60,116 nt of DNA from Nemertoderma westbladi (Eukaryota > Animalia > Xenacoelomorpha): NCBI GenBank assembly GCA_032718475.1, contig JAUCBJ010008849.1:1-60116 (forward strand). The letters run 5' to 3'. A model generated the notes under the pieces. The model was not told the origin of the DNA. It made no database searches and saw only the letters and a program-made list of their open reading frames with translations. Below are positions 13,250 to 25,681 of this stretch, piece by piece. The translations under genes and the position numbers were made by a program. Numbering within the stretch: position 1 is the first letter of the stretch; every line of letters starts with the position of its first letter.

Positions 13250-14575
13250 TCATATATGTATTTATTCAGTTTTATCTCGATAACGACAGTCCTGTTTACA
13301 TAGTATATCTTGACTCTTCTAAGGCCTTCGACCTAATTAATCATTATAAACTGTTTGCTAAATTAATTGACTGCAAGCTGCCAATTTACTTATTTAATTA
13401 TTACTTATATACTTATTATTATTTACTTACTTTATTACCAATTTACGTATCCTTAGATACTGGTACCGATTTCAATCACTAACCGTTAGGTGGGGTGCTG
13501 TCCGCCAGTTTTTCGGTTTCAAACGGAACCAAACAGGGGGGCATACTATCACCTGGTTTGTACTGTATCTATGTAGATGACCTAAGTATATTTTTTAATA
13601 ACTCTAACGTAGGTTGTGCAATAAAAAATACGCGCGCTAATCACGTGTTTTATGCAGATGACTTAGCTCTCTGTTCTAACTCAATTTTTGGTCTGAATAA
13701 ATTAATTGGAATCTATGAAAATTATGCTCTGGAGCACGATATCAAAATTAATATTAAAAAATCTAAAGCCATGATCTACACACCGAAAGGGAACACATCT
13801 TTTGTACATAATGACATTTTTGTTGCTGGATCTAAATTAGAAATTGTTTCAAAATTCAAATATCTTGGACATATACTTCATGAAACTACTGACGACGATT
13901 TTGACATCGTCAATCAGCTACACAGCCTGTATCGCAGAGGCAATCTTCTCATCAGAAAATTCTCTTTCTGTTCCATAACAGTAAAGAAAATACTTTTCCG
14001 TAGTTTTTGCACTCAATTCTACTGTACTGCTCTTTGGTCTAGACGTAATTTTAGTTTAGCAGTTTACAATAAATTACGAGTAGGGTACAATAATATAGCC
14101 AGAAAACTTTTCGGTTTCAGGTTTGACTGTAGTGTGTCTTTAATGTTTGGACAGCTTAATCTGCCGAAATTTATTCATATTCGTTTCAATGCAATAACAT
14201 CCCTTTTACATCGTGTGTCCAATACTGGGAACATTCTTGTGAAACGTGTTTTCGAAGGTACCTACAGCACCAGCCGCATCAGGGAGAGGGACAACATCGT
14301 CATTATCTGAGCTGAGCTGTGGTGTTTTATTGTAGTACGCCTAGTTATTTGCTTTGTTGTAATTTTTAATTATCATTAATATTATTCTATATTATTTTAC
14401 CCTATCACACAGGCCTAACTAACTATTAATTTTGCTTGTTTAATATTGGTAATACTTTAATTATGTACTTGTAACTTTGTGCTTATTTCTGTTTGTCATT
14501 TGTGTTTTTATGGGCGCCCCATTTGCCTGGATTAAAGATTAAATAATAATAATAATAATAAATAATAATAATAAT
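13250..14575 (+). mobile_element. 5'-truncated decayed LINE (RT 3' half; clade possibly Proto2-like)
   Basis: LDSSKAFDL, NGTKQGGILSP, FYADDL, FKYLG, LRVGYNN motifs; (TAA)n tail at ~14545-14575. Confidence 0.85.
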
Positions 14576-14958
14576 ATCCTCTGCACATGTACTATAATGC
14601 TGTAGAATGCTTTCTAGTATATAATATAAAAAAGCAATCTTTTTCTCGCTTGTCGATTGTAACATTATTTTTTTATCAATATCACAAGTATGTTTTTATT
14701 TTTCATGAAAATTGTCACCAAACTTGTACCGCAACGTAAAGCCGTTACATAGCTTCTATTGGCAATTTCGTTTTAATTAATAATAAGTTAGATTACAACA
14801 CAATAAAATAACCAATATTTTTAAATTATATGTAAGGAAATTCTAGAAATACTAGAACCCGTAACCACAACTACAGTAGTAAATAAAGTATATTTAACCA
14901 GAACTACATTAGTACATAAATAGAACCTTTAGAACCTTTTAATAGAACAATAGAACCT

Positions 14959-15169
14959 TTATGAATTGCATCCATATAACATGTTCACCTGATTGGCATC
15001 TTCAACTGATGGCTCATCGTTAAACTTTATTTCTTCACCATCGATAGTTACCATACTGTAGGTTCCCACATTAGCAAAGGCTTCACTATCATATTGCATA
15101 ATGGAATTTATATCATAAGGACTCCTCATTGAATCGATGTCAAGATTAGTATGTATATCGAAATTATTC
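14959..15169 (-). CDS. Astacin (M12A) metalloprotease, last coding exon (Met-turn)
   Basis: ttacag acceptor; NNF...PYDINSIMQY...DANQVNMLYGC*; phase 2 matches the donor at 18749. Confidence 0.9.
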
Positions 15170-15331
15170 CTGTAATTAATTAGCAAAACTAGAATGTATT
15201 ACAACAACAGTACGAGCTATTCCTTGTAGAATATACAGGTTGTCAACCAACGCTCTAACATTTCCTTTAACATTCACTTTATATCACTCGATTTACTTTA
15301 CCTCACTCGCTTTACCCGCCTTTAATCGATT

Positions 15332-15570
15332 TCTCTCTCTCTCTCTCTCTCACTCTCTCTCTCTCACTCTGTGTTAATTACTTCACTTTCTTACTAACTC
15401 TGATCGCGAGTTGTTAGTGCTAGTACTTGACCTCACCCTCTCAATTACTTTCACTTTCTTACTAACTCCACACGTGAGTTGATTGTGGTAGTACTTGACC
15501 TCACCCTCTCAATTACTTTCACTTTCTTACTAACTCCACACGTGCGTTGATTGTGCTAGTACTTGACGCC
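15332..15570. repeat. (CT)n microsatellite followed by a ~68-bp tandem repeat x3
   Basis: TCACTTTCTTACTAACTC repeated three times. Confidence 0.85.
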
Positions 15571-16549
15571 CTGCCCTTTCTTATTTTCTCCTCGGTTATG
15601 TATTTACCGTTTTGTCCCAAAATTGTAATACTCCCGGTATTTTAATCAAAAGGTTCGCATGTTTGCATATTTGTACACACACATATCGAAAAAACTAGAC
15701 TTTCATTTCCGTAGATTGACGATGACGACTATAGCAGAAACTAACAAAATTCCTTGACTTGGTGCGGCACCCTCAATATAATCTGACCTTTTAAATTATC
15801 AAAATACGTACTACACACCCATCCATCTTACTAACATAATCATTCGTACAGTACGTGGACTCGGGTTACAGCGGGATTCCACATTTTATTCATATAATAA
15901 ACCCCCCAAGTCTTGTCTTACTAACATGATCATTTTGTACAGTACGTGGACTCGGGTTGCAGCGAGATTCCACTTATCATTCACTTAACAAGCCCCCCCC
16001 CCCCCCCCCCCCCCCCTCAGTCCCACTAACATTATCAAGTACTGTAAGTGGCCCCAGGTTAAAGCGGGCTGCCACATGTTCATTCATATAACCAGCCCTC
16101 TCTCGATATATACTGATATTATATTATATAATTAATAATAATAACCCTTCACAACGCCCATCAACCTCAAACAGAATTATTGAATCTCTGCACATTCATT
16201 GGTCGAATCTACTAATTTGTTAGCCCTAGTATGCCCGTCGTGTGTTACATCAATGCAAACCTCATGTTTTAGGCCTGACCCCCTCCATTCAGCATCTTGA
16301 CCTCCTGTTATCACCTCGCGATGTAATAATTTACCATTATATACTTCATTCTGAGCAATTTCGTCAGTCTTCCTATTTTCTCCACCGGTTGTCACAAATT
16401 GTTTTTTACCGCTCGCTCGCTCGCTCCCCAGTCCGCTCGCTTGCTCACCTTTTCATTCGTCCCATTTCATTTACTTTGATAACACTTTATTTCTGATGAT
16501 ATTTGTAACCACATATACTCGAAGTAAATGTTTCATTCATTTCCCCTCC

Positions 16550-17675
16550 CAGTGCCGGATTAAGCCTCTGGTGGCCCTAAGGCACATTTTAGTAATTTCC
16601 AAAAATGGCCCGAAAATTGATATTTTTCCGCAAACCCTTTCAAAAGAAAAAGCTGCTAAAAATAACTGAAATTGTGAAAATGTTGTGGAGGAAATATAAA
16701 GTATTTTCGTCGGATTACTGCGTGCAAATAAGTACTAAGTACTTTAATAATAAGTACTTCGCAAAAATAGTTTTCATCAAGAATTTTGAACATTACTAAA
16801 CGGCATATTATGCCTATAAAACCTTTGTTATAAAATGTGTAATGGTTTTGGTAGAACTTCTCAAGCTTTAATTTTTAATATATTAATGGGACCATTACCC
16901 CAAATCTATTTGTTTTATTTATAAAGCTACTATTCTGAAACTTTAATACAATTATCTGTGATCTTATATATACTATTAAAACTGAGTATAGATACAGCAG
17001 CTTCATAAACAGTTTGTTCGAAAAATATGGCACTTTTTGAGCAGGTCGGTTTTTTCAAAAATTCTATAAATTTGTGGCATTTCTATGTAAATTAGCTCAT
17101 GTTTAAGGATCTGTAATAACTTGCATTGAAGTTCTTGGTCCAAGACTTTGGTAAAATGGACCTAAAAATGTAGGCTATCTTCTATGATAATTTAAGCACA
17201 AAATTATTGTTTTTGAAAAATTTAGGGGGGTTTTAGTATTTCCGGGCTAAATTTTGAGAATAAATATTTTGTGATAGACAAAGTGTAGCAGTTACAAAAT
17301 CGGTTCTAGAAGATCCAAATGGTTATGTTTTACAAAACCAACGATAGTAGTCCTAAAGCTGCTGAACATTTTGTATATTGGATGACAATTAAGTAAAAAA
17401 TAAAATAGTATATAATAGGGAATTTAGTGATGAAAAAAGTCAAAATCGACAAACTGATAAAAAGGTTGTTTTATATAGAGAATCATAAATATCAGCAATA
17501 TAATATCATGTTGTTGAAAAGAGCAGTTTTGAGGTCAAAATATAATTCACTGTTGAAAACCGACATCACCTTATGAAAGCCCTTCTATCAAACTACAAAA
17601 AATTGTGTAAATTTTCGAAAATTTCATTTCTGTGGGGGTTATAGTTGGCCCCCTTAAGGCAGACTGGCCCCTGTA
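16550..17675. mobile_element. Probable non-autonomous DNA transposon remnant (hAT-like end)
   Basis: Starts CAGTGCCGGATTAA...GGCCC, with GGCCCC motifs again near 17647-17670; no right TIR found. Confidence 0.35.
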
Positions 17676-17835
17676 GACATTTAGCAATTTTGATCGGATC
17701 TTGGGAATGTGTTATTTATTTGCCGTAGGTTTCGCAGGGTACTTATCTTTACAGGACTTGCTGATAAATACAACACCGCAAGTGTGGGCTTAGTGCAAAG
17801 ATATAATATTTCTGATCTAGATTGAATAATAATAA

Positions 17836-17894
17836 TAAAAATATTGATAAAATAAGGGGAGGGGACCCCTCCCCTTATTTTATCAATATTTTTA
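17836..17894. repeat. Perfect 59-bp palindrome (29-bp arms, 1-nt spacer)
   Basis: TAAAAATATTGATAAAATAAGGGGAGGGG-A-CCCCTCCCCTTATTTTATCAATATTTTTA. Confidence 0.95.
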
Positions 17895-18749
17895 CTACGT
17901 TATCGAAATATATTATGTTATTTATTAGTGCTTTTATTGTCCACATTTCATTATAATAACTGCCCGTGATTTGTAAATACAAAGCGATTGAATGCGAGCG
18001 CGTTAATAAAGAAACTCAATTTTGCAACCGAAACCTCCCTTGAGTGTCCCAATGATAGACACAGGTGGCTCGCACACTCTACAGTACGAGGTACTTTATA
18101 CTAACTATATCGTCGCTTAAGTACCATTTCACTAATTAGTAGGGCTAACTTCGTAGTAATGTAATCGACTTTGCGAATTAGTAGTTTTTATTTTATTACG
18201 ATTCGAATTGGGTGTTAGAAGAAGCAAGTATAGTAAAGTTATTTTGTGTGTTGGATGGGTGATCCTCAGTAAGTGAAGGTGGACTTTTCTATCCAAAACA
18301 ATAAACGGTGAAATACCAAATGAGGGAAATGTGCAGGTTACTGAAGGGGGCTTTTCTAACCAAAACAATAGACGACCAATTTACCAAATGAGGGAAAGGA
18401 GCATGTTACAGAGGCTGTTAGTGTTAGTAATAATAAATTGCATGATGTTTACTTAAATATTGTAATATTAATGAAATTCATACCCTTTTCATGCAATTAA
18501 TTATTGATGGTAACAACTGTACGGTAAATAAACTTACACATAGCCTACAATGGCTATCATCATTGGAGAATACTCAAGACGTATTCTAAAATCATCTAGA
18601 ATCAATCATCACTTATTGTTACTACTTTCAGCATTCCGTCCAATAGGCCGCAACACTGCAACGTAGTACTTTGCCGCTTTGTGAAGATAGCATCAGAATG
18701 CTGTTAAACCGGTAATATATATAACATAATAATATTTCATAATTCTTAC

Positions 18750-18925
18750 AAATATTTGTCATCAATATTTTCCCAGAGAATTTCAATGTGTTTGTCGCGA
18801 TCAGGTCGACTCTGTTCATGGAAGAATCCGAGAGCGTGGAGGATCTCATGGATGGCGATATGTTTGGTGTGACAACCATAACCTAGATTCAAGTCCTGAC
18901 CGCCACTTTTACTTCGACGTCCGAC
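18750..18925 (-). CDS. Astacin catalytic exon (zinc-binding motif)
   Basis: cctag|VGRRSKSGGQDLNLGYGCHTKHIAIHEILHALGFFHEQSRPDRDKHIEILWENIDDKY|gtaag; matches HExxHxxGxxHExxRxDRD. Not in the supplied ORF track. Confidence 0.95.
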
Positions 18926-19779
18926 CTAGGTGCAGTTGGGATACAATCACAATCGGTTCTGATGCATACTCACGCTGTACATTCCTATATAATTACACTA
19001 CTGGTAGTTGTAAGTCAGTCCTGTGTCTAGTCAATTGAATATCTATTGAGATCATGACCTTTATTTTTGTATGATTTAATATTAAAATACCGGTTAATGT
19101 TAAAGTTATGAAAATAAGATTTTTATCTTTTATTACAAATCTCTAAAGTTGTGATGGGATCCAACGGAGTTGGCAGTATGGATCCCGACCGGTGTGTGTG
19201 TTATACGCGTCGCCGCGTCCGTAGGCTGCTGAAAGGCTGTGGTGTCTGAATATAATATAATAGGCTGTTGGAATAATTCAGTTTTAGTCTTAGTTGTTGT
19301 AATCACAGAACATAATAATAGCACAGTCAGAATATAATAGCACGGTAATGACGACGACGGTTAAAAACCGTTCCTGTCTCACAACTCTACAGATTACCAA
19401 CTGAATCATAATCCACAAGTACAACGGTTATATATTATTAACACATATTAATCACTGCTACAGTATTGAGTGGCCTGGCCAGTAGATGCGTTCCAATAAC
19501 CTGTTTTCCCCTCCCATCATTGGCTAATTCGATTAATGTCTATCTCGCCACTCCCTGCTGCCACTATTCCCACGTGCTAGCCTTGCTAGTCCCTTTGTCC
19601 CTCTGATATGGTTTATGACCTCTCAACTTTCTTTGTGGCTGGCGATGTGTATCGCCTAAATTGGTTGTTAGGTGAAAATTACTTATTGGTAATGTCACCT
19701 TCCCAATTATAATTGGTAAAATGCCACTTCGCCCATTTTCTGCAGGTAAGCAGCTCCGTAGTGCAGGGAATTGAATCTG

Positions 19780-20290
19780 CTTACAAAAGTTCCAGATCGA
19801 GGGTCCACGAAAATTCACTGATCTCTATGAAAAAGTTGTGACGTAGTGGTATTGAGAAGTTGCCATGGGAAGCGCTGCAGGCAGGGTGGTTGTGGACTGA
19901 AAAACGTTTTTGGAATAGTTTACCAAGTGTGAAAGTTGGGCTTGTGGTTTTTGAAGAAATATCATACATGAAGGTGCTATCTGAAAGTTCATAGAGATTG
20001 GTAAGGGTAAAAAAAAATTAAATGTTTGCAAATAGGATTGGCGGATGATCTGTAGTTTGTGTGAAAATGTAATACAGAAGCAATAATTGATGATTTTTAA
20101 TTATGATTTTTGATTTTTATATGTAGTGGCTTCAGTGTTGTGGAGTGGGTGCTACCCCACAAGATAATTACATAATTAACGTATGGATAGATTAGTGAAA
20201 AATATAGGGTTCTAGTAATGTGGGGAGGAAATATGGCGGAGATTGTTGAAAATACAACTAGATTCAGAGATTTTTTTACTCTCTTCATCT
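19780..20290 (-). pseudogene. CR1/L2-group LINE 3' fragment
   Basis: TLYFSLIYPYVNYVIILWGSTH and FRGPSIWN motifs, frameshifted. Confidence 0.7.
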
Positions 20291-20559
20291 TTCTCTCGAT
20301 TTCTTTACTCTTAACGATTTTGATGGAATTTCACAGTGGCTAGATACCGCGATTCTAAGATCGTATGCTCGTGTCATTATTTCGTCCATACCCTCTGGGC
20401 TCTAAATTCAAGTATCAATTAAGCTAGGGGAGACTAATGGAACACCTCCAATCTTGTATAGAGTCTGATTGGAGAGGTGGTCATTGTACTTGACACTATG
20501 AACACAGTGCAGCAGTCTTGTGAAAGTGCCAATTAGAGATTTGGGATCCTCTGCAGTTA

Positions 20560-21540
20560 GAGCCCAGCATGGTAAAGGTCACGTGGGACCATGGAGCCCA
20601 TTTTGTGTTGCCCCATAACACTTGCACCATTCTTGTACATAATTGTGGTTGACAATGTTCTACGCACGTCCTTAGATCATCATAATGATGATGGGGTAAT
20701 GATAACTCCACCTACTGGCTCCAGAAGTCGAGGAAATCCTGCCAAGTACCTAATTGATCTAGACTTTGCTGATGAATTAGGAGTACTCTCAGAATCACTA
20801 GAGGGAGCCCAACGGCTTCTCAGCTCATTAGAACATGCTGCTTCTAGTGTTGGTCTTTTTATTAACATTATTAATTAACATATTATTTGACAGTTAACTT
20901 TGAAAGTCCTCAGCAAGTCTCTGATCGGATGAGCATAAGCTCAAAGGATGGTATGCTTGAGCATGTGGACGACTTCTGTTACCTGGGATCATGGATCCCG
21001 AAGTCAGGTGAGGATCTTCAAATACCTAAGAGAAAGGCATGGGCAGGCTTGAATAGGCTCTCCAGGATTTGGAAGTCACCGAGAATTAATCAGAAACTTA
21101 AGGTCAGATTATTTAGAGCAGCAGTAGTTCCAGTACTCCCTGGAGTCCATGATGGGCTCTAACTGCTGAGGACACCAAATCTCTGGATGGCACAATCACA
21201 AGAATACTACGTTGGGTTCATTGTTTCAAGTACAATGCACACATCTCCAACCAGACACTATATAACATTGGAGGTGTCTCATTGGTTCCCCCAAGCTTTA
21301 CACTAAAACAAAATTGCCTCCACTTTGCATGACATTGCTTTCGCCATGAGGACCAGCCAGTGCATAATCTTGTACTTTGGCAGCCGCATCGAATGAATAA
21401 GCATGGTGGACAGCCCATGACTTTCTTGAGACGCATCTTAAAGGACACTGGCCTTGACGATGCGCATGATCTAGCAAATGTCATGGATGATAGGGAGTTG
21501 TGGTGGCGCAATTTCGTCAACAAGCTGGCACAGCATTCTT
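20560..21540 (+). pseudogene. Decayed RTE-like LINE, RT 3' half
   Basis: TLAPFLYIIVVD, DLDFADE, VDDFCYLGSWI, LKVRLFRAAV, LVLWQP motifs across frameshifts. Confidence 0.85.
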
Positions 21541-21544
21541 AAAA

Positions 21545-21663
21545 ATGCAGCTGCAATGCAGCATGCCGATCCTAGTAGTAGCCCAACATGGACTCCCATA
21601 TAAAAGTACTGTCACTACTACTGCCATAAATAATCGAACCTTAAGATTCCGTTGTATTCTATG
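21545..21663 (-). pseudogene. RTE-like LINE copy, 3' piece split off by the LTR element
   Basis: HRIQRNLKVRLFMAVVVTVLLYGS continues in frame from ...LSGIGKSH on the other side of the element (42496 onward). Confidence 0.85.
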
Positions 21664-23541
21664 TATTCGAAGAGACGGTAACAATACCTGCAATATCCTA
21701 CTGTAAAGTTTGTGAATCAAATCATAAATCCGACCTTCTCACCAAAACAGTAAACTCTAAGTAAGCGAATATATTGCAGTATCGATCTCTTATAACCGGT
21801 GAGGCAGAAAACAGTCTACGAGCAGACAAACTTCGATAAAACAAAATCCCGCGCAGCGAATCCTAAAATCAGGCTGACTCGCTGACGGACTAAGGGGCTC
21901 GTATACTTTGCCGCGGTGTGATTTATATGGTTGGGCAAAGAGACGCTAGCTAGGTACAGAGGCAGAGATTTGGAGATGTCTAACTAGCGGGCAAAGCACA
22001 GTACGGACAAAAGTTAATTTTATATATTTTGAGGTGTAAATAATTTCTAACGCGCGTGTGTTAATTCTGAACGGTCAAAGGCAGTTTTGCTCCTTCACAT
22101 ATATAATTACTGGGTACGGTGTGCATTTTACGAATATTCTAATTTTGTAACTTGTAGGTCCAATACTCACGAATGATAAGGTTCCTTCCCGTCTTGCGTA
22201 TTTCCAGGACTCAAATTCAGGCATAAGGTTAATGCTACGCCCAGAATTCGGCAATTTTAGGTACCAGGTCCCTGATACTAAGAAGAAATGTGTTAGTTTA
22301 CTACTGTAGGCGTACAGTTACTAATAGCTATCCTGGCTCTTATCTAGAATTTTAGTCACCTAGGTAGGCTGGGTAACTTCCTATCAAGACGTTGGCGGGG
22401 ACACGATAGATGTTAGTATATCCCTAATAGCCTCAATTTATTTGCGCCTAGTTGTAAACTGCCCTACCGCCTGAACGGTACAATCCTAATTCAGGTGAAA
22501 CACAGCAACCCTCCTAGCCTACAAGTTCTGATGCAATGGACACCGTGGTACTACAAATAGTCGCACACGCACCTGTACTTAGCAAGAGTTAGGCGTACAG
22601 TTTGCTGCACCCTACCAATTTGTATGCTTCGTACCGGTGTGCCTACGTCCTATCTGCGTACTAGTATCTGCCTGCTCTTTCCCTCTCCCCCCCCGTAGGA
22701 ATGTGAAGGTCTACTGTGGTTTTTTCCTGAATCAAGACAGTACAGTCCATAAGATGTAATTTTAGGCTCACAGCGTGTCACTACTTCTACCTTTGATCTT
22801 TGGTCTTACGCTTAGGTAGCAAGGCGTCGAACGCTGTCTAACCTTTCAGGCGATGGGCGAATAACTAAGGTGGTATTGCGGGTTGTCTCTTGTCTACATT
22901 CCCATGATGTTCCCGTTCATTGCTGCGGCCCGATCTCTAGCCGGCCATCCTGTCCCTTAGCTGGGTTCACCGTGGTGAAGCATAGTAAAACAGATAGAAA
23001 AGGGCAGATGTGACTAGTATTTCTAACTTTATTACAAAATCAAATAATAACTATTATACAATAAACAATGTAATCTGAAATAATGTAGTATACGATAGAA
23101 GTGAAAGAATAACTAATGAACAAATCGCACCTTTATATAGCAAATTTGTGCTGCAATCAATCGAGAAAATTCTCGATTGTTCTATAGGTTCTAACAGGTT
23201 TTTAAAGATAGCTATTGGTCCAGCTAATATATAACTTGCACGACATTGGTTACAATCAAATAACTACAGTCTCATTGGTACAGACAAATGCAATTAATTT
23301 GTAGCGGTTAATTTAAATGAGTTGAAATTCTGCACAAAAAATAATTCGCACTTACTAGGATTCGAACTCAATACCTACTACACATATAATTTCCAACGCT
23401 CTACCGACTGAGCTACTGAACCACTTGACCAATAGGCGTACAAATGATAGAACAAACACAAATGAGGACTCAAAGTAATCTTTTACAAAGTTAATTCTAA
23501 TAAAATAAAATTTTGAAAATCCAAGGGAATATAATTCTATA
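21664..23541 (-). repeat. 3' LTR (1878 bp)
   Basis: Matches 40611-42495 with ~8 substitutions, a 1-bp and an 8-bp indel; preceded in sense by short purine-rich GGAGCGG (putative PPT, 23542-23548). Confidence 0.95.
23336..23422 (-). ncRNA. tRNA-derived Pol III unit in U3 of the 3' LTR
   Basis: A box TAGCTCAGTCGG (23404-23415), B box GAGTTCGAATCC (23358-23369), T6 terminator; no acceptor stem, so not a true tRNA. Confidence 0.6.
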
Positions 23542-24477
23542 CCGCTCCATGAAAACAGGATATTATCGTGCATAAAATATACGGTTTTCACCAATAATCA
23601 ATCAAACTATAGAATACTTAGGGCGTACTTACATATTTACAATTAAATTTCAAACAATACTTCCTTTCTACATAATGATTCGATACAAAATAATTACAAA
23701 TTCAAACTTTACGTAGTTAAGGCTTTACTAAGTAAGTACAATATAAATCTAAATTAAATTCACCAATATAAATCTATTGCATCTCAATATTGCATAAATT
23801 CAAACAATTACAAATACAAATAAATGAAAACAATAAGAAAGGCTCGCGAGTCTTCCATCTACTATTGCATCTCAAATATTGCATAAATTCAAATAATTAC
23901 AAATACTTTCGTGCCTAAATGTAGATTGCATAAGTTCGGAATAATTACAAATATGAGTCTTTCTAAGCACAAAACTTTCTAACTATAAAACTTTCTAAAT
24001 ACAAAATATAACACTTTACAAATGAAACTATAAGAAAGGCCCACGAGTCTTCCATCTACTCTTACTTTCTATTTCACTGTAAATACAAATACTACTTATA
24101 AGATATAAATTGCATAATATTCGGAACAATATAAATTGCATAAGTTCGGAATAATCACAAATATAAAATATAAATCTTACAAAATATAAGTCTTACTAAA
24201 TATAAATCTTACTAAATATAAGTTTTTCCAGAATACAAAACTTACTAAATATAAAACATATAATTTAAATAAATCACAAATTCACAAGAAAGGCTCACGA
24301 GTCTTCCGTCCACCCTTGCCCTCCCTTTTATCGCTTTGTTGATCGAGCCCTGCCGCGTCCTCGAAAACTGCGCACAGGTGACTTTGCTCGCGATATGGGA
24401 CTCGTGGGGCGAGTCACTGGTTTTGTTTGGACGTTGAGAGACGGTGCGACTATTTCCTCGCAAATTCGTCTATTTAG

Positions 24478-25681
24478 CCACTTGTGTCCTTCTGGGCTCC
24501 TCCCCGAGGCGCACCCACGAGGCGGACACCTTTCCACCACCCCTGGGGCCAGTCCGACTGCTTGTTATTATCAGACCGGGCCGGAGGGTGGCCTGATGCT
24601 TCCCGGGTTCTGTTTTCGGTCCCCCGATCACACCAGCACAGCTCGTCGAACGTGTAGCCAGATGGGCGGCTACTGTCAACTTACTGTGGCCTGACTGTAC
24701 ATTGAGCCAACTCAAAGTATAACAAAGAGTCAACCGGCAGGTGGACCAGTCGATAGCGATCGAGCACCAAGGTCGCCCTTGGGCCTAACCGACGGTCTTG
24801 TCCCATGTGGGCTTGCGCTACCCAACATGGAATTTTGACTCGTTTTCACCTGCCTCGCCGGCAATATTGAGGGGAAGTAAGTTCCACAAACAATATTGAC
24901 TAGCTCGAAAGCTAGGAACAAGTAACCACTTACCCGTCCTGTACACGTGTACTCAACAGATGTTCACGAAATCAAGTACACTACGGTAAACACAAAATCT
25001 GACACATACCATGCACACACAGATGACATAATCGGGTAAGACGAAATCGGGGTCAAAATCGGGAAAGACAAAATCGGAGGGGACAAAATTGTATCGACCA
25101 TTACCAAATCGAGAGTACCTTATTTTACCGACAAGGTAAAATAACTTTGTGTGCACAAAGTATGCTGGGGCGCAGTAAAGTATGGTCCTACTAATACCAG
25201 CGGCGTCTTGTCCAACTGGCAAGGGTTCCCATACCCACTCGCAGTGGCCACACATACAATCACGTGTACTCACGTACCTACAGCAACAGAAAGCTCAAAA
25301 CCCGAACAAATCCCAAAGACCAATCAGCTGAACATGGAGACAATAACATATAGTATCAAAAAAACGGAACAGCTGATGGCCAAAGGAACCCATCCAAGCC
25401 CCAAGCAAACTGCCACTGGTTTCTCACATACAAAACATAGTTCACACCACATGAGCCACAAATCACGCCATGCCACCACCCCTACTGTGTACAGGACTGG
25501 CAGTACGGCAACAGGCCGACTAGACGGTACCACGGCACCATGGCAATTCATGGTTCGTTAGACACGAGGGCCTTCAGTATCTCCCTTGCACTTAGGTTTG
25601 ATTTAACGTGCCCCCAGACCCTCACGAGTCCGCCGCCGCCTGTTTGGAACACCCCTATAGAGACCTCACCTCTTTGGGTAT
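24478..25681. repeat. Internal 1.2-kb direct repeat, copy A
   Basis: Colinear with 36547-37771; visibly more diverged than the LTR pair. Confidence 0.95.

Noticed and set aside
16177-16395. 72-aa ORF in the astacin intron
   Set aside because: No motif; not needed for the gene model
18974-18984. 11-nt micro-exon upstream of the catalytic exon
   Set aside because: Exon 44229-44411 already supplies CSSN in the right phase
21662-21663. TG as canonical LTR start
   Set aside because: Absent from the other LTR and part of the CTATG TSD
23345-23422. Functional tRNA gene
   Set aside because: No acceptor-stem pairing and no clear anticodon arm
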